IMG/VR virus record: IMGVR_UViG_3300048574_000397
Span: 1-42,089 of that record
Strand: one strand, 5' to 3'
DNA: 42,089 nt
DNA from: a virus
Lineage: Duplodnaviria > Caudoviricetes
Shown: positions 9,430-16,971 of the stretch, in pieces
How the letters are laid out: each line of letters opens with the position of its first letter
Numbering within the stretch: position 1 is the first letter of the stretch
Position numbers and translations under genes: made by a program
The notes under the pieces: generated by a model
Database searches by the model: none
What the model saw: the letters and a program-made list of their open reading frames with translations, nothing else
What the model was told of the DNA's origin: nothing

Positions 9430-10071
9430 TTACGCCACACGGACGGGTGATATAGCCCTGACCAGGCGCTCGACCTCGAAGCGGAGATCGTCGAGCGTGC
9501 CGTCATTCGAGATGGTCCAGTCGGTCGCCGCGGTGTCGAGCGCCGTCTCGCTGGCGTGCGTCGCGCCGAAGATCACGGGCGCGCCGGGGCGCAGGACGCG
9601 GACGCGCGTGCCCTCGGCCAGATGAATCGCAGTGGCCTCGTTCGGGAACCGGACGTCGGTGACAACGACTGGCGTGCCCGCGGCGCGGAGGCGGGCGGCC
9701 TCGGCCATCGGGCCGCGGACCCAGACGTCGCGGTCGGCGTGGTCGCGGATGGCGGTGCCGAGGCGCTGCAAGAGCCGGCGCACGTCGGCGACATCCTTGG
9801 CGCGCTCCCAGCCGACGGCCCCGACGATCTCGGACAGCCGGACGTGGCGATACCACGCGGCGTCCTGCGCGAGGGCCTCGCCGAGGGCGTCCTCCTCCTC
9901 GACGTTGGCCGTGCTCTCGATGACGGGGTCGATGTCGAGCGCGGCTGCCTTGAGGGAGTCAGCGAACGCAATGCGCGTGTAGCCGTGCTCGCGGATGAGG
10001 AAGCCGGCGACAGTGTCCTTGCCGGTGCGGGCGTGCCCGATGAGGCCGACGAGGGGCGGGAGAGGGGTCAT
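9430..10071 (-). CDS. Deoxynucleoside monophosphate kinase
   Basis: P-loop GHARTGKDT, FADSLK, RRLLQRLGT, TDVRFPNE, HASE. Confidence 0.9.
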   Translation of the reverse strand: MTPLPPLVGLIGHARTGKDTVAGFLIREHGYTRIAFADSLKAAALDIDPVIESTANVEEEDALGEALAQDAAWYRHVRLSEIVGAVGWERAKDVADVRRLLQRLGTAIRDHADRDVWVRGPMAEAARLRAAGTPVVVTDVRFPNEATAIHLAEGTRVRVLRPGAPVIFGATHASETALDTAATDWTISNDGTLDDLRFEVERLVRAISPVRVA

Positions 10072-10107
10072 GCCTCCGTAGCCGCTCCCAGGAATCGGCC
10101 TGTTGCG

Positions 10108-10357
10108 TCAGGCGGTGCCGGCGCCCTCGCCGCCGTCCGGGTCGTCCGGCTGGCCCACGGTGATCGTGTAACGTCCGCGAGCCGTGGAATCGGCAGCCGT
10201 CGGCCACGGCCGTCACGGGGTCGTTCTGCGTCATCTCGACGGTGGCGTCCGCGGTGTCGCCGACGAACGCCGCGACCTTGTCGGCGAACGCCTGACGGAC
10301 CTCGGCGAGGTTCTCGCCGTATGCCTCGACGGTGAGGATGAAGACTTCCTGAGCCAT
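10108..10357 (-). pseudogene. Small hypothetical gene with an apparent +1 frameshift near 10196
   Basis: MAQEVFILTVEA... has phage-like codons to about 10200; thereafter the +1 frame (YTITVGQPDDPDGGEGAGTA, stop at 10108) carries the GC3-rich codons. Confidence 0.5.
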
Positions 10358-10381
10358 GAGTGTCATGCCCCCAGATATGCG

Positions 10382-10426
10382 AAAACGCCCCCGCCCTGCC
10401 AGCGTAGCGCCGGCAGAACGGGGGCG
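10382..10426 (-). terminator. Intrinsic terminator after the lysis cassette
   Basis: Minus strand CGCCCCCGTTCTGCC...GGCAGGGCGGGGGCG followed by TTTT. Confidence 0.65.
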
Positions 10427-10439
10427 AGTGGGTGAAGCG

Positions 10440-10691
10440 TCAGGCGGCTTCCTGCGGGTCGGCGGTGGCGTCGGCCGCAGGGGTCGCGGTGTCCTTGCCT
10501 CGGCCGACCGCAAACGCCTTGAGAATGGCGATCACGCCGGCAACGCCGCCGACGCTGGCGATGTCGCGCCAGCCGGCCGCGGTGAAGAGGCCGAACCCGG
10601 CCGCCGTCACGACGCCGAGGGCAGCCTGAGCGAAGGTCGAAACGGCGCGCTCGGCAAGGTCAACCCAGAAAGCCCGGGTAGCGAAAAACAC
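10440..10691 (-). CDS. Holin (r1t-like)
   Basis: FWVDLAERAVSTFAQA motif and two hydrophobic segments. GTG at 10691 after GAGGAG. Confidence 0.85.
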   Translation of the reverse strand: MFFATRAFWVDLAERAVSTFAQAALGVVTAAGFGLFTAAGWRDIASVGGVAGVIAILKAFAVGRGKDTATPAADATADPQEAA

Positions 10692-10699
10692 GGAACTCC

Positions 10700-10987
10700 T
10701 CAGTGATGCAGGACTTGGAAGAGGATGGGCCAAATGGCGCCGACGGCGACTGCGATGGAGCCGGCCCCGCTCCAAAACTGCCGGGGCGAAATGGTCGGCT
10801 TGTGCTCTTGGTCGCTGAGGCGCTGCTCGGCCGTGCGGAGCCGCTGCTCGTGGTCGTCGAGCGTCGCCTTGTGCTCGTCCGTCTCTTGCTTGAGGAGAGC
10901 GATGGCGGTGTCCAACTTGCCTTCGAGCCGGGCCAGCGTCACGGCGGTCGACTCCCGTGCGGGGAGTGGCTGGTCTTCGGCGGACAT
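10700..10987 (-). CDS. Membrane protein of the lysis cassette (coiled coil + C-terminal TM)
   Basis: LARLEGKLD...DHEQRLR coiled coil and hydrophobic C-terminus; lies between endolysin and holin. Confidence 0.7.
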   Translation of the reverse strand: MSAEDQPLPARESTAVTLARLEGKLDTAIALLKQETDEHKATLDDHEQRLRTAEQRLSDQEHKPTISPRQFWSGAGSIAVAVGAIWPILFQVLHH

Positions 10988-10988
10988 C

Positions 10989-11960
10989 TCAGAACTGCCC
11001 CCGGTTGAGCCGGGTCTGCATCTCGCGGACGCACGTCGAGACGGCGTCGATCACGCCGTCAGCGGGGGTGCCCATGCGGCGCTGCAAGGCGGTGATCGTC
11101 AGCGGGCCGAGGAGCCCGTCGACCGTGAGGCCGCCGAGCCATGCCTGCATGGCGCGGACGAGTGTCGAGCCGCCCTTGCCCCAGGCGCACGCGGAGATGT
11201 GCTGATTCGAGGCGCCCTTGATCTGCCCGGAGATCACGCCGTCGACCGGCGTGCCGAACCGACGCTGTAGCGTCTTGGTCGTCTCCGGCCCCCACTGGCC
11301 GTCGACCGTCAGTCGGCCCCACGGGGCGGGCTCGGCCGGGGCTGGCGCGGGAGCCGGGGCGGGAGCGGGCGGCGGTGTGACCGGGTTGGAGACGGGCGTC
11401 GCGGGCTCGCCGAGAATCTCCTGAGCCCGCGCGAAGATGCGCGGAACCTGGGCGATCTTGGCGTCGCCGGGGCACACCTTCCCGCGGCTCGTGCTGTAGT
11501 GCATCCCGTCGGCGACGCGCCACGGGTCGATGCCGAGGCGGTGCCACGAGAGGCCATGCGACGAGTCGGCGTTCCGGCTGTCCGTCGCCATCTTGAGCGG
11601 GATGCCGTGGGTCTTGACGGCCCAGGCGTAAATCTGCGCGAGCGTCTCGATCTGGGCATCCGTCCAGGGCTCGCCGTTCGCATTCGTCACGCCGCCCTGC
11701 GTCTCGATAGAGATGCTGGCGTCATTGCCGTCGAGGTCGGCCTCGGCGCGAAGGCCCGTGTCGACATACTGCTCGCAGGTGCCGTCCTTGCGGACGTAGA
11801 AATGCGACGAGGGCTTGCCGGTCGAGTTAAAGTACCCGTGCAACGAAGACGACTCAGAAACGGCCACGTGTAGATTCACGCGGTTGTAAATAGTGAGGGC
11901 CTTGCCGCTGAGGAACTGCAAGTCAATCGGATTCCACTCGGCGCCGGGGAAGCGGGCCAT
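10989..11960 (-). CDS. Endolysin: N-acetylmuramoyl-L-alanine amidase with peptidoglycan-binding repeats
   Basis: NLH...SSHFYV..DG..EQYVD...SISIET...WH...CPG; Pro/Ala linker; repeated VDG..GP.T..LQ. Confidence 0.9.
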   Translation of the reverse strand: MARFPGAEWNPIDLQFLSGKALTIYNRVNLHVAVSESSSLHGYFNSTGKPSSHFYVRKDGTCEQYVDTGLRAEADLDGNDASISIETQGGVTNANGEPWTDAQIETLAQIYAWAVKTHGIPLKMATDSRNADSSHGLSWHRLGIDPWRVADGMHYSTSRGKVCPGDAKIAQVPRIFARAQEILGEPATPVSNPVTPPPAPAPAPAPAPAEPAPWGRLTVDGQWGPETTKTLQRRFGTPVDGVISGQIKGASNQHISACAWGKGGSTLVRAMQAWLGGLTVDGLLGPLTITALQRRMGTPADGVIDAVSTCVREMQTRLNRGQF

Positions 11961-12005
11961 TCGGGCTCCTTTCGGGAGGCGACGTGCGGAGGGCGTCTTA
12001 CGCGG

Positions 12006-13043
12006 TCACCCGCGCCAGGCGCCGTTCCAGTAGACGAAGATGCGGGCGTCGTGCCAGGCGCCGTTCCAGTAGACCTTGACGATTCCTTGGTGCCAGGCGT
12101 TGACCCAATAGACCAGGATCGAGGAGAGGGTGGTAAAGGAAGAGGTCGCCGACCAGGCGCCGGCGCCAATGGCATTCTTGGCTCGGACACGGACGTAGTA
12201 GGTCGTCGAGGGCGTGAGGCCAGTGAGCGTGCCGGACGAGAACGTCTGGACATTGGCGGTGAAGCCGGTGTTTGTGGCGATCTGGACGTCATAGCCCGTG
12301 ATGGACGAGCCGCCATTGTTCGGGGCGCTGTAGGCGACGAGCGCCGACACGGCAAGAATGTTCGAGATGCTTGTGATGCTCGGAGCATCCGGGGCCGTGG
12401 CCGCGGTAGTGAACGAGCCCATTCCCGCCCAGCCCGACCAGCCGGCAGCATTGTGTGCACGTGCCGTGTAGTAATAGGTCGTGTGCCGGGTCAGACCCGA
12501 AGCCGTGCCCGTGCCGCCGGCCCACGACGCGACGACGTTGCCGCCGCTGCCAGGCCACGCATTGTTGGTCAGGACGTAGGCTTCGTAGGCGTCGATTCCG
12601 GCGCCGCCGTTGTAGCCGGGCGCCGAGACGACGATGCGGGCGCTGCTCGACGTGATCGAATCGACGCCCGTGCCGGGCGGATTCGGAACGACGGGCGGGA
12701 CGGTGTAGGTCGCAGAAACGGAGGACGCCGCGCCGCCGCCGCTACCGTCGGCCAGACCGGAGACGGAGGCGGAAATCCCGTAGGAGCCGCCGGGCGTCAC
12801 GCCAAAGGTGCCGCTCCCGACAGCCACCGTCTCGGCGCCGGACGAGGAGTAGTTGTGGTTGTTCGCGCTGCCGGCCGAGCCGCCAACATTCCACGAGCAG
12901 GCGTTCGTGGAGTCGTAGAGGGAAACGTTGTGGACGACGTAAACCGTGTAGGAGCCGGTAGAGCCATTGTCGCCGACGTCGACCCTAATGTAATACTGCC
13001 CGGCAGAGCCGTAGGAGACGGCATTTCCGGTGTACGTTGCCAC
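12006..13043 (-). CDS. Minor tail protein with two fibronectin type III domains
   Basis: P.NGG..I.GY...GLT..TTYY...RA.NA.G...WS occurs twice. Confidence 0.8.
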   Translation of the reverse strand: MATYTGNAVSYGSAGQYYIRVDVGDNGSTGSYTVYVVHNVSLYDSTNACSWNVGGSAGSANNHNYSSSGAETVAVGSGTFGVTPGGSYGISASVSGLADGSGGGAASSVSATYTVPPVVPNPPGTGVDSITSSSARIVVSAPGYNGGAGIDAYEAYVLTNNAWPGSGGNVVASWAGGTGTASGLTRHTTYYYTARAHNAAGWSGWAGMGSFTTAATAPDAPSITSISNILAVSALVAYSAPNNGGSSITGYDVQIATNTGFTANVQTFSSGTLTGLTPSTTYYVRVRAKNAIGAGAWSATSSFTTLSSILVYWVNAWHQGIVKVYWNGAWHDARIFVYWNGAWRG

Positions 13044-13049
13044 GTCGGG

Positions 13050-13769
13050 TCAGAGCACCTTGACCCAGAGGTCGCCTTGCGTGGCGGTGCCGCTCGGGTC
13101 GGTCGTCGCCGTGGTGATCGTGCGGCCGTCGAGGGTCGACGTCGTCGGCTTGCCGGTGAGGGTCGCCCACGTCACGGGCGCCGGGATGAGGTTGGCCCAG
13201 CCGGTAGGCGTGTAGAACTCCCATGCCTGGCTGGTCCGGTTGTAGCCCAGCGTGCGGAACGGGATGGGCGGCGTCGGGTTGCTCGCGCCGCCGGGACGGG
13301 TCGCGGTCGTCCAGTTGCCGACGTTGCCGCCGAGGAGGACGCGCTCGTCGGTGATGTCTGCGGAGGCCAGGCTTGCGGCGCCAGCGGCCACGGCGATCTG
13401 CGCGAGGGGCATCTCGAAGATGCCGGTGTCGGTCTGGGTGAGCGCCGGCGGAGTGGTCGACGTGCCCGTCAGGACTTCGAGGGTGACGGTGTTGGCCGAC
13501 GGGTTGACGCGGACGACGATGCGGTCGACGCGCGCCGAGGAGCCCGCCGGCGTGAGGGTCAGCGTCGCGGCGCTCGGGTTGTCGAGGACGAAGCCTCGGA
13601 CGAGCGCGCGGCCGACGGCCACGGTGACGGCGAGGCCGGTGCCGGGCGAGACGGCGAGCGAGGAACCGTCGGTGTAGGTGACGCCGGGGTCCAGCATCTC
13701 CCGCATGAGATAGGAATACTGAGACTCGGTCGTGTCAGCATTCTCAAACGGCCAAGAGGTCGTGGGCAA
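13050..13769 (-). CDS. Minor tail protein
   Basis: SWPF...V..GRALVRG...RVDRIVVR...P.LTQ......EMPLA pattern. TTG start after GGAGGAGG. Confidence 0.8.
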   Translation of the reverse strand: MPTTSWPFENADTTESQYSYLMREMLDPGVTYTDGSSLAVSPGTGLAVTVAVGRALVRGFVLDNPSAATLTLTPAGSSARVDRIVVRVNPSANTVTLEVLTGTSTTPPALTQTDTGIFEMPLAQIAVAAGAASLASADITDERVLLGGNVGNWTTATRPGGASNPTPPIPFRTLGYNRTSQAWEFYTPTGWANLIPAPVTWATLTGKPTTSTLDGRTITTATTDPSGTATQGDLWVKVL

Positions 13770-13839
13770 TGTGGGCCTCCTCCGAGGTCAGGAAATGAGG
13801 GCGCCGGGGAAGCGTGGGCGCCGCCTCGCGCGCGGAAAA

Positions 13840-13865
13840 TCGCCGAGATGCCCGCGCACTCGCAC
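13840..13865 (+). repeat. Shufflon crossover repeat C (26 bp, inverted relative to A and B)
   Basis: TCGCCGAGATGCCCGCGCACTCGCAC on the plus strand; identical to the minus-strand copies at 14318-14343 and 14536-14561. Confidence 0.92.
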
Positions 13866-14153
13866 ACCACTCCGTCGCACACTCACACGGTGACTGATCC
13901 GGGCCATCAGCACCCGATTGTTCACGCCGCTACCGGCATCACCATGGCCGTGATCCAAGACGGTGTAAACGATGGAACGGTGTCGAACCGCTGGCACCTT
14001 GCGGACGGTGTGGCGGGCCTCGTCACACAATCGGGCACTACCGGGATCACGATCCCCTCGTCCGGCGGCGGTACATCTGGCAGCGCGGGAAGCGGTGGCG
14101 CGCACGGCAACATGCCGCCATTCATGACCCTCACCTACCTCATTCGGTTGTGA
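13842..14153 (+). other. Silent alternative tail-fibre C-terminal cassette 3 (103 aa, inverted)
   Basis: AEMPAHSHTTPSHTHTVTDPGHQH...GSGGAHGNMPPFMTLTYLIRL*; same boundaries as the C-terminus of 14353..16068. Confidence 0.88.
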
Positions 14154-14177
14154 CCGCGTCACAACCGAATGAGGTAG
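14135..14177. repeat. Perfect 20-bp inverted repeat joining the convergent ends of cassettes 2 and 3
   Basis: CTACCTCATTCGGTTGTGAC-CGC-GTCACAACCGAATGAGGTAG. Confidence 0.9.
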
Positions 14178-14341
14178 TTGACCGTGGTGAACGGCTGCAA
14201 GTTGTTGTGGGCGCTGCCCCCGCCGGTAGACGTGACCGACGAGTTGTTCGCGTTGCCGATGACGTAGTTGCCCGGCACATTCGCAACCGTCGAGATAGAG
14301 CCGCCGAGTTGTTGAGTGTGCGAGTGCGCGGGCATCTCGGC
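14159..14341 (-). other. Silent alternative tail-fibre C-terminal cassette 2 (60 aa)
   Basis: Manual translation: AEMPAHSHTQQLGGSISTVANVPGNYVIGNANNSSVTSTGGGSAHNNLQPFTTVNYLIRL*. Confidence 0.88.
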
Positions 14342-14343
14342 GA
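14318..14343 (-). repeat. Shufflon crossover repeat B (26 bp)
   Basis: Plus strand GTGCGAGTGCGCGGGCATCTCGGCGA. Confidence 0.92.
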
Positions 14344-14352
14344 AAGGCTCGC

Positions 14353-16068
14353 TCAGAGCCGGATGACGTAGTTCACGGTCATGAACGGCGGCAGGTTGAC
14401 GTGCGCCGATCCGCCTCCGGCCGACGAGATGCTGCCAAGGGCCACGTTCGTCGCATTGATCGGACCATCGGAGCCTGTGAAATCGTCACCATTGGCGGCC
14501 GTGTCGGAGTGCGCACCGACATTCGCATGCAGTACGTGCGAGTGCGCGGGCATCTCGGCGACCGTGAGGGTATGTGTCTCCTCGCCCCCGGTCGATCCGA
14601 GCGCATGATTTGTGTGACCCGCGGCGCCGGAGTCGCCGACTCCCAGCGGGACGCGGCCCTTGAGGTTCGGCAGGTTAAAGGTCGTGCTGCCGTTGCCGGC
14701 GCCATAGGTTGTGCCAATGACGCCGAAGAGAGCCGAGTAGGTTGTGCGAGAGATGGCGGAGCCGTCGCAAATGGCCCATCCGGGCGGGGCAGCGGCGCCG
14801 GCGTACATCCGAATCTCGCCGGGAAAGCCTGCGTAGAGCGGGGTGCCGACCTGCGCGCCAGGGAGCGTGCCAGTGATGGCGGCGGCGTCGATGGTCGTGG
14901 GCTGCTCTGCGTTGCGTTCGAGCGCGGAGAGGCGGCTCTCGGCCTGGGTGACGCGGTTGTTGAGGCTCGACGATGCGGAGGTCGTGGCGATGTCGCCGAA
15001 GACTGCGCCGACCTTGATGCCGTCGGAGTTGGCGACGATGGTGGCGGCCGAGACGGTCGTCGTGTCCTCGTCGCCGTCGACCACGAGGGCGACGAGGTCG
15101 CCGACGTTCCAGTCGAGGGCGTAGCGCATCGTCAGGTCGTCCGAGGCAACTGCCGATGCCGAGAGGACGCCGGCGGCGTCGGCGAGGGCCTTGTCGCCGG
15201 CCTGCTGCAACTCGACCGCGTCGTCGGTCTGGCGCTGGTCGACGAACGTCTCGATGCGACCCCAGGCGCCGTAGTCCGTCTCGGCCTCGGTCGCCTCGAC
15301 CGTCGTGCGCTCGACGAAGGTGCGCAACTCGCCCTCGCCTTGGCCGGCGACGATGGCGCGAGTCACGGCGGGAGCGGTGCGGGTCGTCGAGGTTGACGAG
15401 AGGGTGCCGTTGTGGAGGTCGAAGCGGACCTCGCCACGGCGGTCGGCGATGGACAAGACCTCGAAGAGGAGCGTGTCGTCCGACTGCGCCAGGCGGAAGC
15501 GGAGCCCGGAGACGGTGGCGATCTCCGCGAGGAGGTTGCCGAGGACATCGAAGCGGGCCGACTTCGAGACGTTGCCGCCGCGGGCCAGGTCCGGGGCGAG
15601 GGTGAGGGCGTTTACACGCCGAACGGCGGGCGCCGAGGCGCCGAGGTTGGCGTCCACGTAGGCCCGCATGACCGTCTCGGCGGCGCCGCTGCGGACGTCG
15701 TAGGCCGCGGTCTGGGCTGTGACGTCGGCGGTCGTCGGGGTCGGGTAGGCCAGCCGGTTCCAGAGGATGACGTCGTCGGTCGTGCCGGTGAACGTCACGA
15801 TGCCGGTGGGGTCGGTGAGGTCGGCGTCGACCTTCGGGGCGCTCACAGGGCCGGAGAACAGGACGCCGCCGGGGCCGGTGACGATGATGCCGGCGCCCGG
15901 TGCGAGCAGGTAGCCGACGGCGTCGTCCTCGACGGGCAGGCGCAAGGTCCACTCGCCGGGGGCGCAGTCGCGGATGGTGGCTCGGATGTCGAGCCGCTCG
16001 GGGACGATCTGGGCAACGCGGATGAGGTCGCGGTTGCGGACCTCGACGAGCAGGTCTGTCGCCTGCAC
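14353..16068 (-). CDS. Minor tail protein (Gp37-like baseplate hub domain) fused to a tail-collar domain and variable tip; likely receptor-binding protein
   Basis: N-terminal ...IVAGQGEG..R...E.FVDQR...Y..DWNVGDLV; collar domain PGEIRMYAG...P.GWAICDG...SRTTYSALF.VIGTTYG.G.GSTTFNLPNLKGR; tip AEMPAHSH...PPFMTVNYVIRL. Confidence 0.88.
   Translation of the reverse strand: MQATDLLVEVRNRDLIRVAQIVPERLDIRATIRDCAPGEWTLRLPVEDDAVGYLLAPGAGIIVTGPGGVLFSGPVSAPKVDADLTDPTGIVTFTGTTDDVILWNRLAYPTPTTADVTAQTAAYDVRSGAAETVMRAYVDANLGASAPAVRRVNALTLAPDLARGGNVSKSARFDVLGNLLAEIATVSGLRFRLAQSDDTLLFEVLSIADRRGEVRFDLHNGTLSSTSTTRTAPAVTRAIVAGQGEGELRTFVERTTVEATEAETDYGAWGRIETFVDQRQTDDAVELQQAGDKALADAAGVLSASAVASDDLTMRYALDWNVGDLVALVVDGDEDTTTVSAATIVANSDGIKVGAVFGDIATTSASSSLNNRVTQAESRLSALERNAEQPTTIDAAAITGTLPGAQVGTPLYAGFPGEIRMYAGAAAPPGWAICDGSAISRTTYSALFGVIGTTYGAGNGSTTFNLPNLKGRVPLGVGDSGAAGHTNHALGSTGGEETHTLTVAEMPAHSHVLHANVGAHSDTAANGDDFTGSDGPINATNVALGSISSAGGGSAHVNLPPFMTVNYVIRL
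14536..14561 (-). repeat. Shufflon crossover repeat A (26 bp, inside the expressed gene)
   Basis: Plus strand GTGCGAGTGCGCGGGCATCTCGGCGA; encodes AEMPAHSH in frame. Confidence 0.92.
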
Positions 16069-16080
16069 GGAGGGGCCTCC

Positions 16081-16971
16081 TCAGAGCATGAGCCAGCGAC
16101 GCGGGCGCCACGAGAACACGACGGAGGAATTGGCGGCGTCGGTGCCCTCGGCGTTCGCGGTGGCGACGGACAGGCCGGGCGGGATGGCCCAGAATCGGGG
16201 CGCTGGCCCCAACTCGGGATAACAGTTGGTGCCTGCGGCGTCCGTGACGGTGCCGGCGGCGTGGTCGAAGATGCGGACCTCGCCGATGTCGAGGCTGCCT
16301 TCCCACGAGATCGTTTCGCCGGCGGGGGAGATGAGCGAGAGCGTCGTCGCGGGGCCGTGCAGGATCGTTACCGGCTTGACCTCGGCGTCGCCATCGTTCT
16401 CGATGTTGACCGTGCCGATGACCTGGCCGGAGGCGAGGCGCAGTTCGGACAGGGAGCCGCCGGGGCGCAGGAGCCCGCGGCCAGCGCCGGCGGCACGGAC
16501 GACCAAGGTCGACGGCGCCTCGCGCGTCCAGAGCGGGTCACCTGCGGCGGTGAGCGTCAGGTCGAGCGTGAGCCACGTCTCGCGGTCGGTGCCGGTGCGC
16601 TTCGAGTCGGAGCGGACGACGCGGATGTCCCAGGCGGTGCCGTCGGGCTCGGCGTAGGTCAGCGTGGCCGGGGCGTTCCGCGGGTCGAGGATGCGTGCGA
16701 GGGTGGACGCTCGGACCTTGAGGCTCGGGTAGTCCGTCGCGGTGAGCATGACCGAGAGCGGGATGTCGCGGCCGGTGACGCGGGAGCCGCGGTAGGTCTG
16801 GCCGTCGCCGGAGCCGACGAAGAAGCGTGGCGACTGCGGCGGCAGGTCGAGCCCGGTGAGGCCGTCGTCGTTGTCGAGGACGGCGGCCCCACCCAGGGGC
16901 GAGCGGACGAGGTAGTCGTCAAGGCCAAGCGTCACGCCGCCGGCGGCGAGGGAGAGTCGGGCGGTGCTCAC
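16081..16971 (-). CDS. Distal tail (Dit-like) minor tail protein
   Basis: Immediately follows the tape measure (GTGA overlap); ...A.DPLW...N.GDA...P....GP...PRFWAIPPG pattern. Confidence 0.8.
   Translation of the reverse strand: MSTARLSLAAGGVTLGLDDYLVRSPLGGAAVLDNDDGLTGLDLPPQSPRFFVGSGDGQTYRGSRVTGRDIPLSVMLTATDYPSLKVRASTLARILDPRNAPATLTYAEPDGTAWDIRVVRSDSKRTGTDRETWLTLDLTLTAAGDPLWTREAPSTLVVRAAGAGRGLLRPGGSLSELRLASGQVIGTVNIENDGDAEVKPVTILHGPATTLSLISPAGETISWEGSLDIGEVRIFDHAAGTVTDAAGTNCYPELGPAPRFWAIPPGLSVATANAEGTDAANSSVVFSWRPRRWLML

Noticed and set aside
11940-13814. 15-bp direct match GGCGCCGGGGAAGCG at 11940 and 13800
   Set aside because: Very GC-rich with only two copies, so plausibly chance, although one copy lies next to the shufflon boundary.
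12051-14153. 700-aa plus-strand ORF
   Set aside because: Mostly an antisense shadow of the tail genes; only its last 103 codons (cassette 3) are meaningful.
13840-14561. Diversity-generating retroelement explanation for the repeats
   Set aside because: No reverse transcriptase is present, the cassette middles are non-homologous rather than adenine-specific variants, and one copy is inverted.
13840-14561. CRISPR array / Cas4 link
   Set aside because: There are only three repeats, in mixed orientation, with long coding spacers. The Cas4-like gene is the usual phage exonuclease and no cas operon is present.
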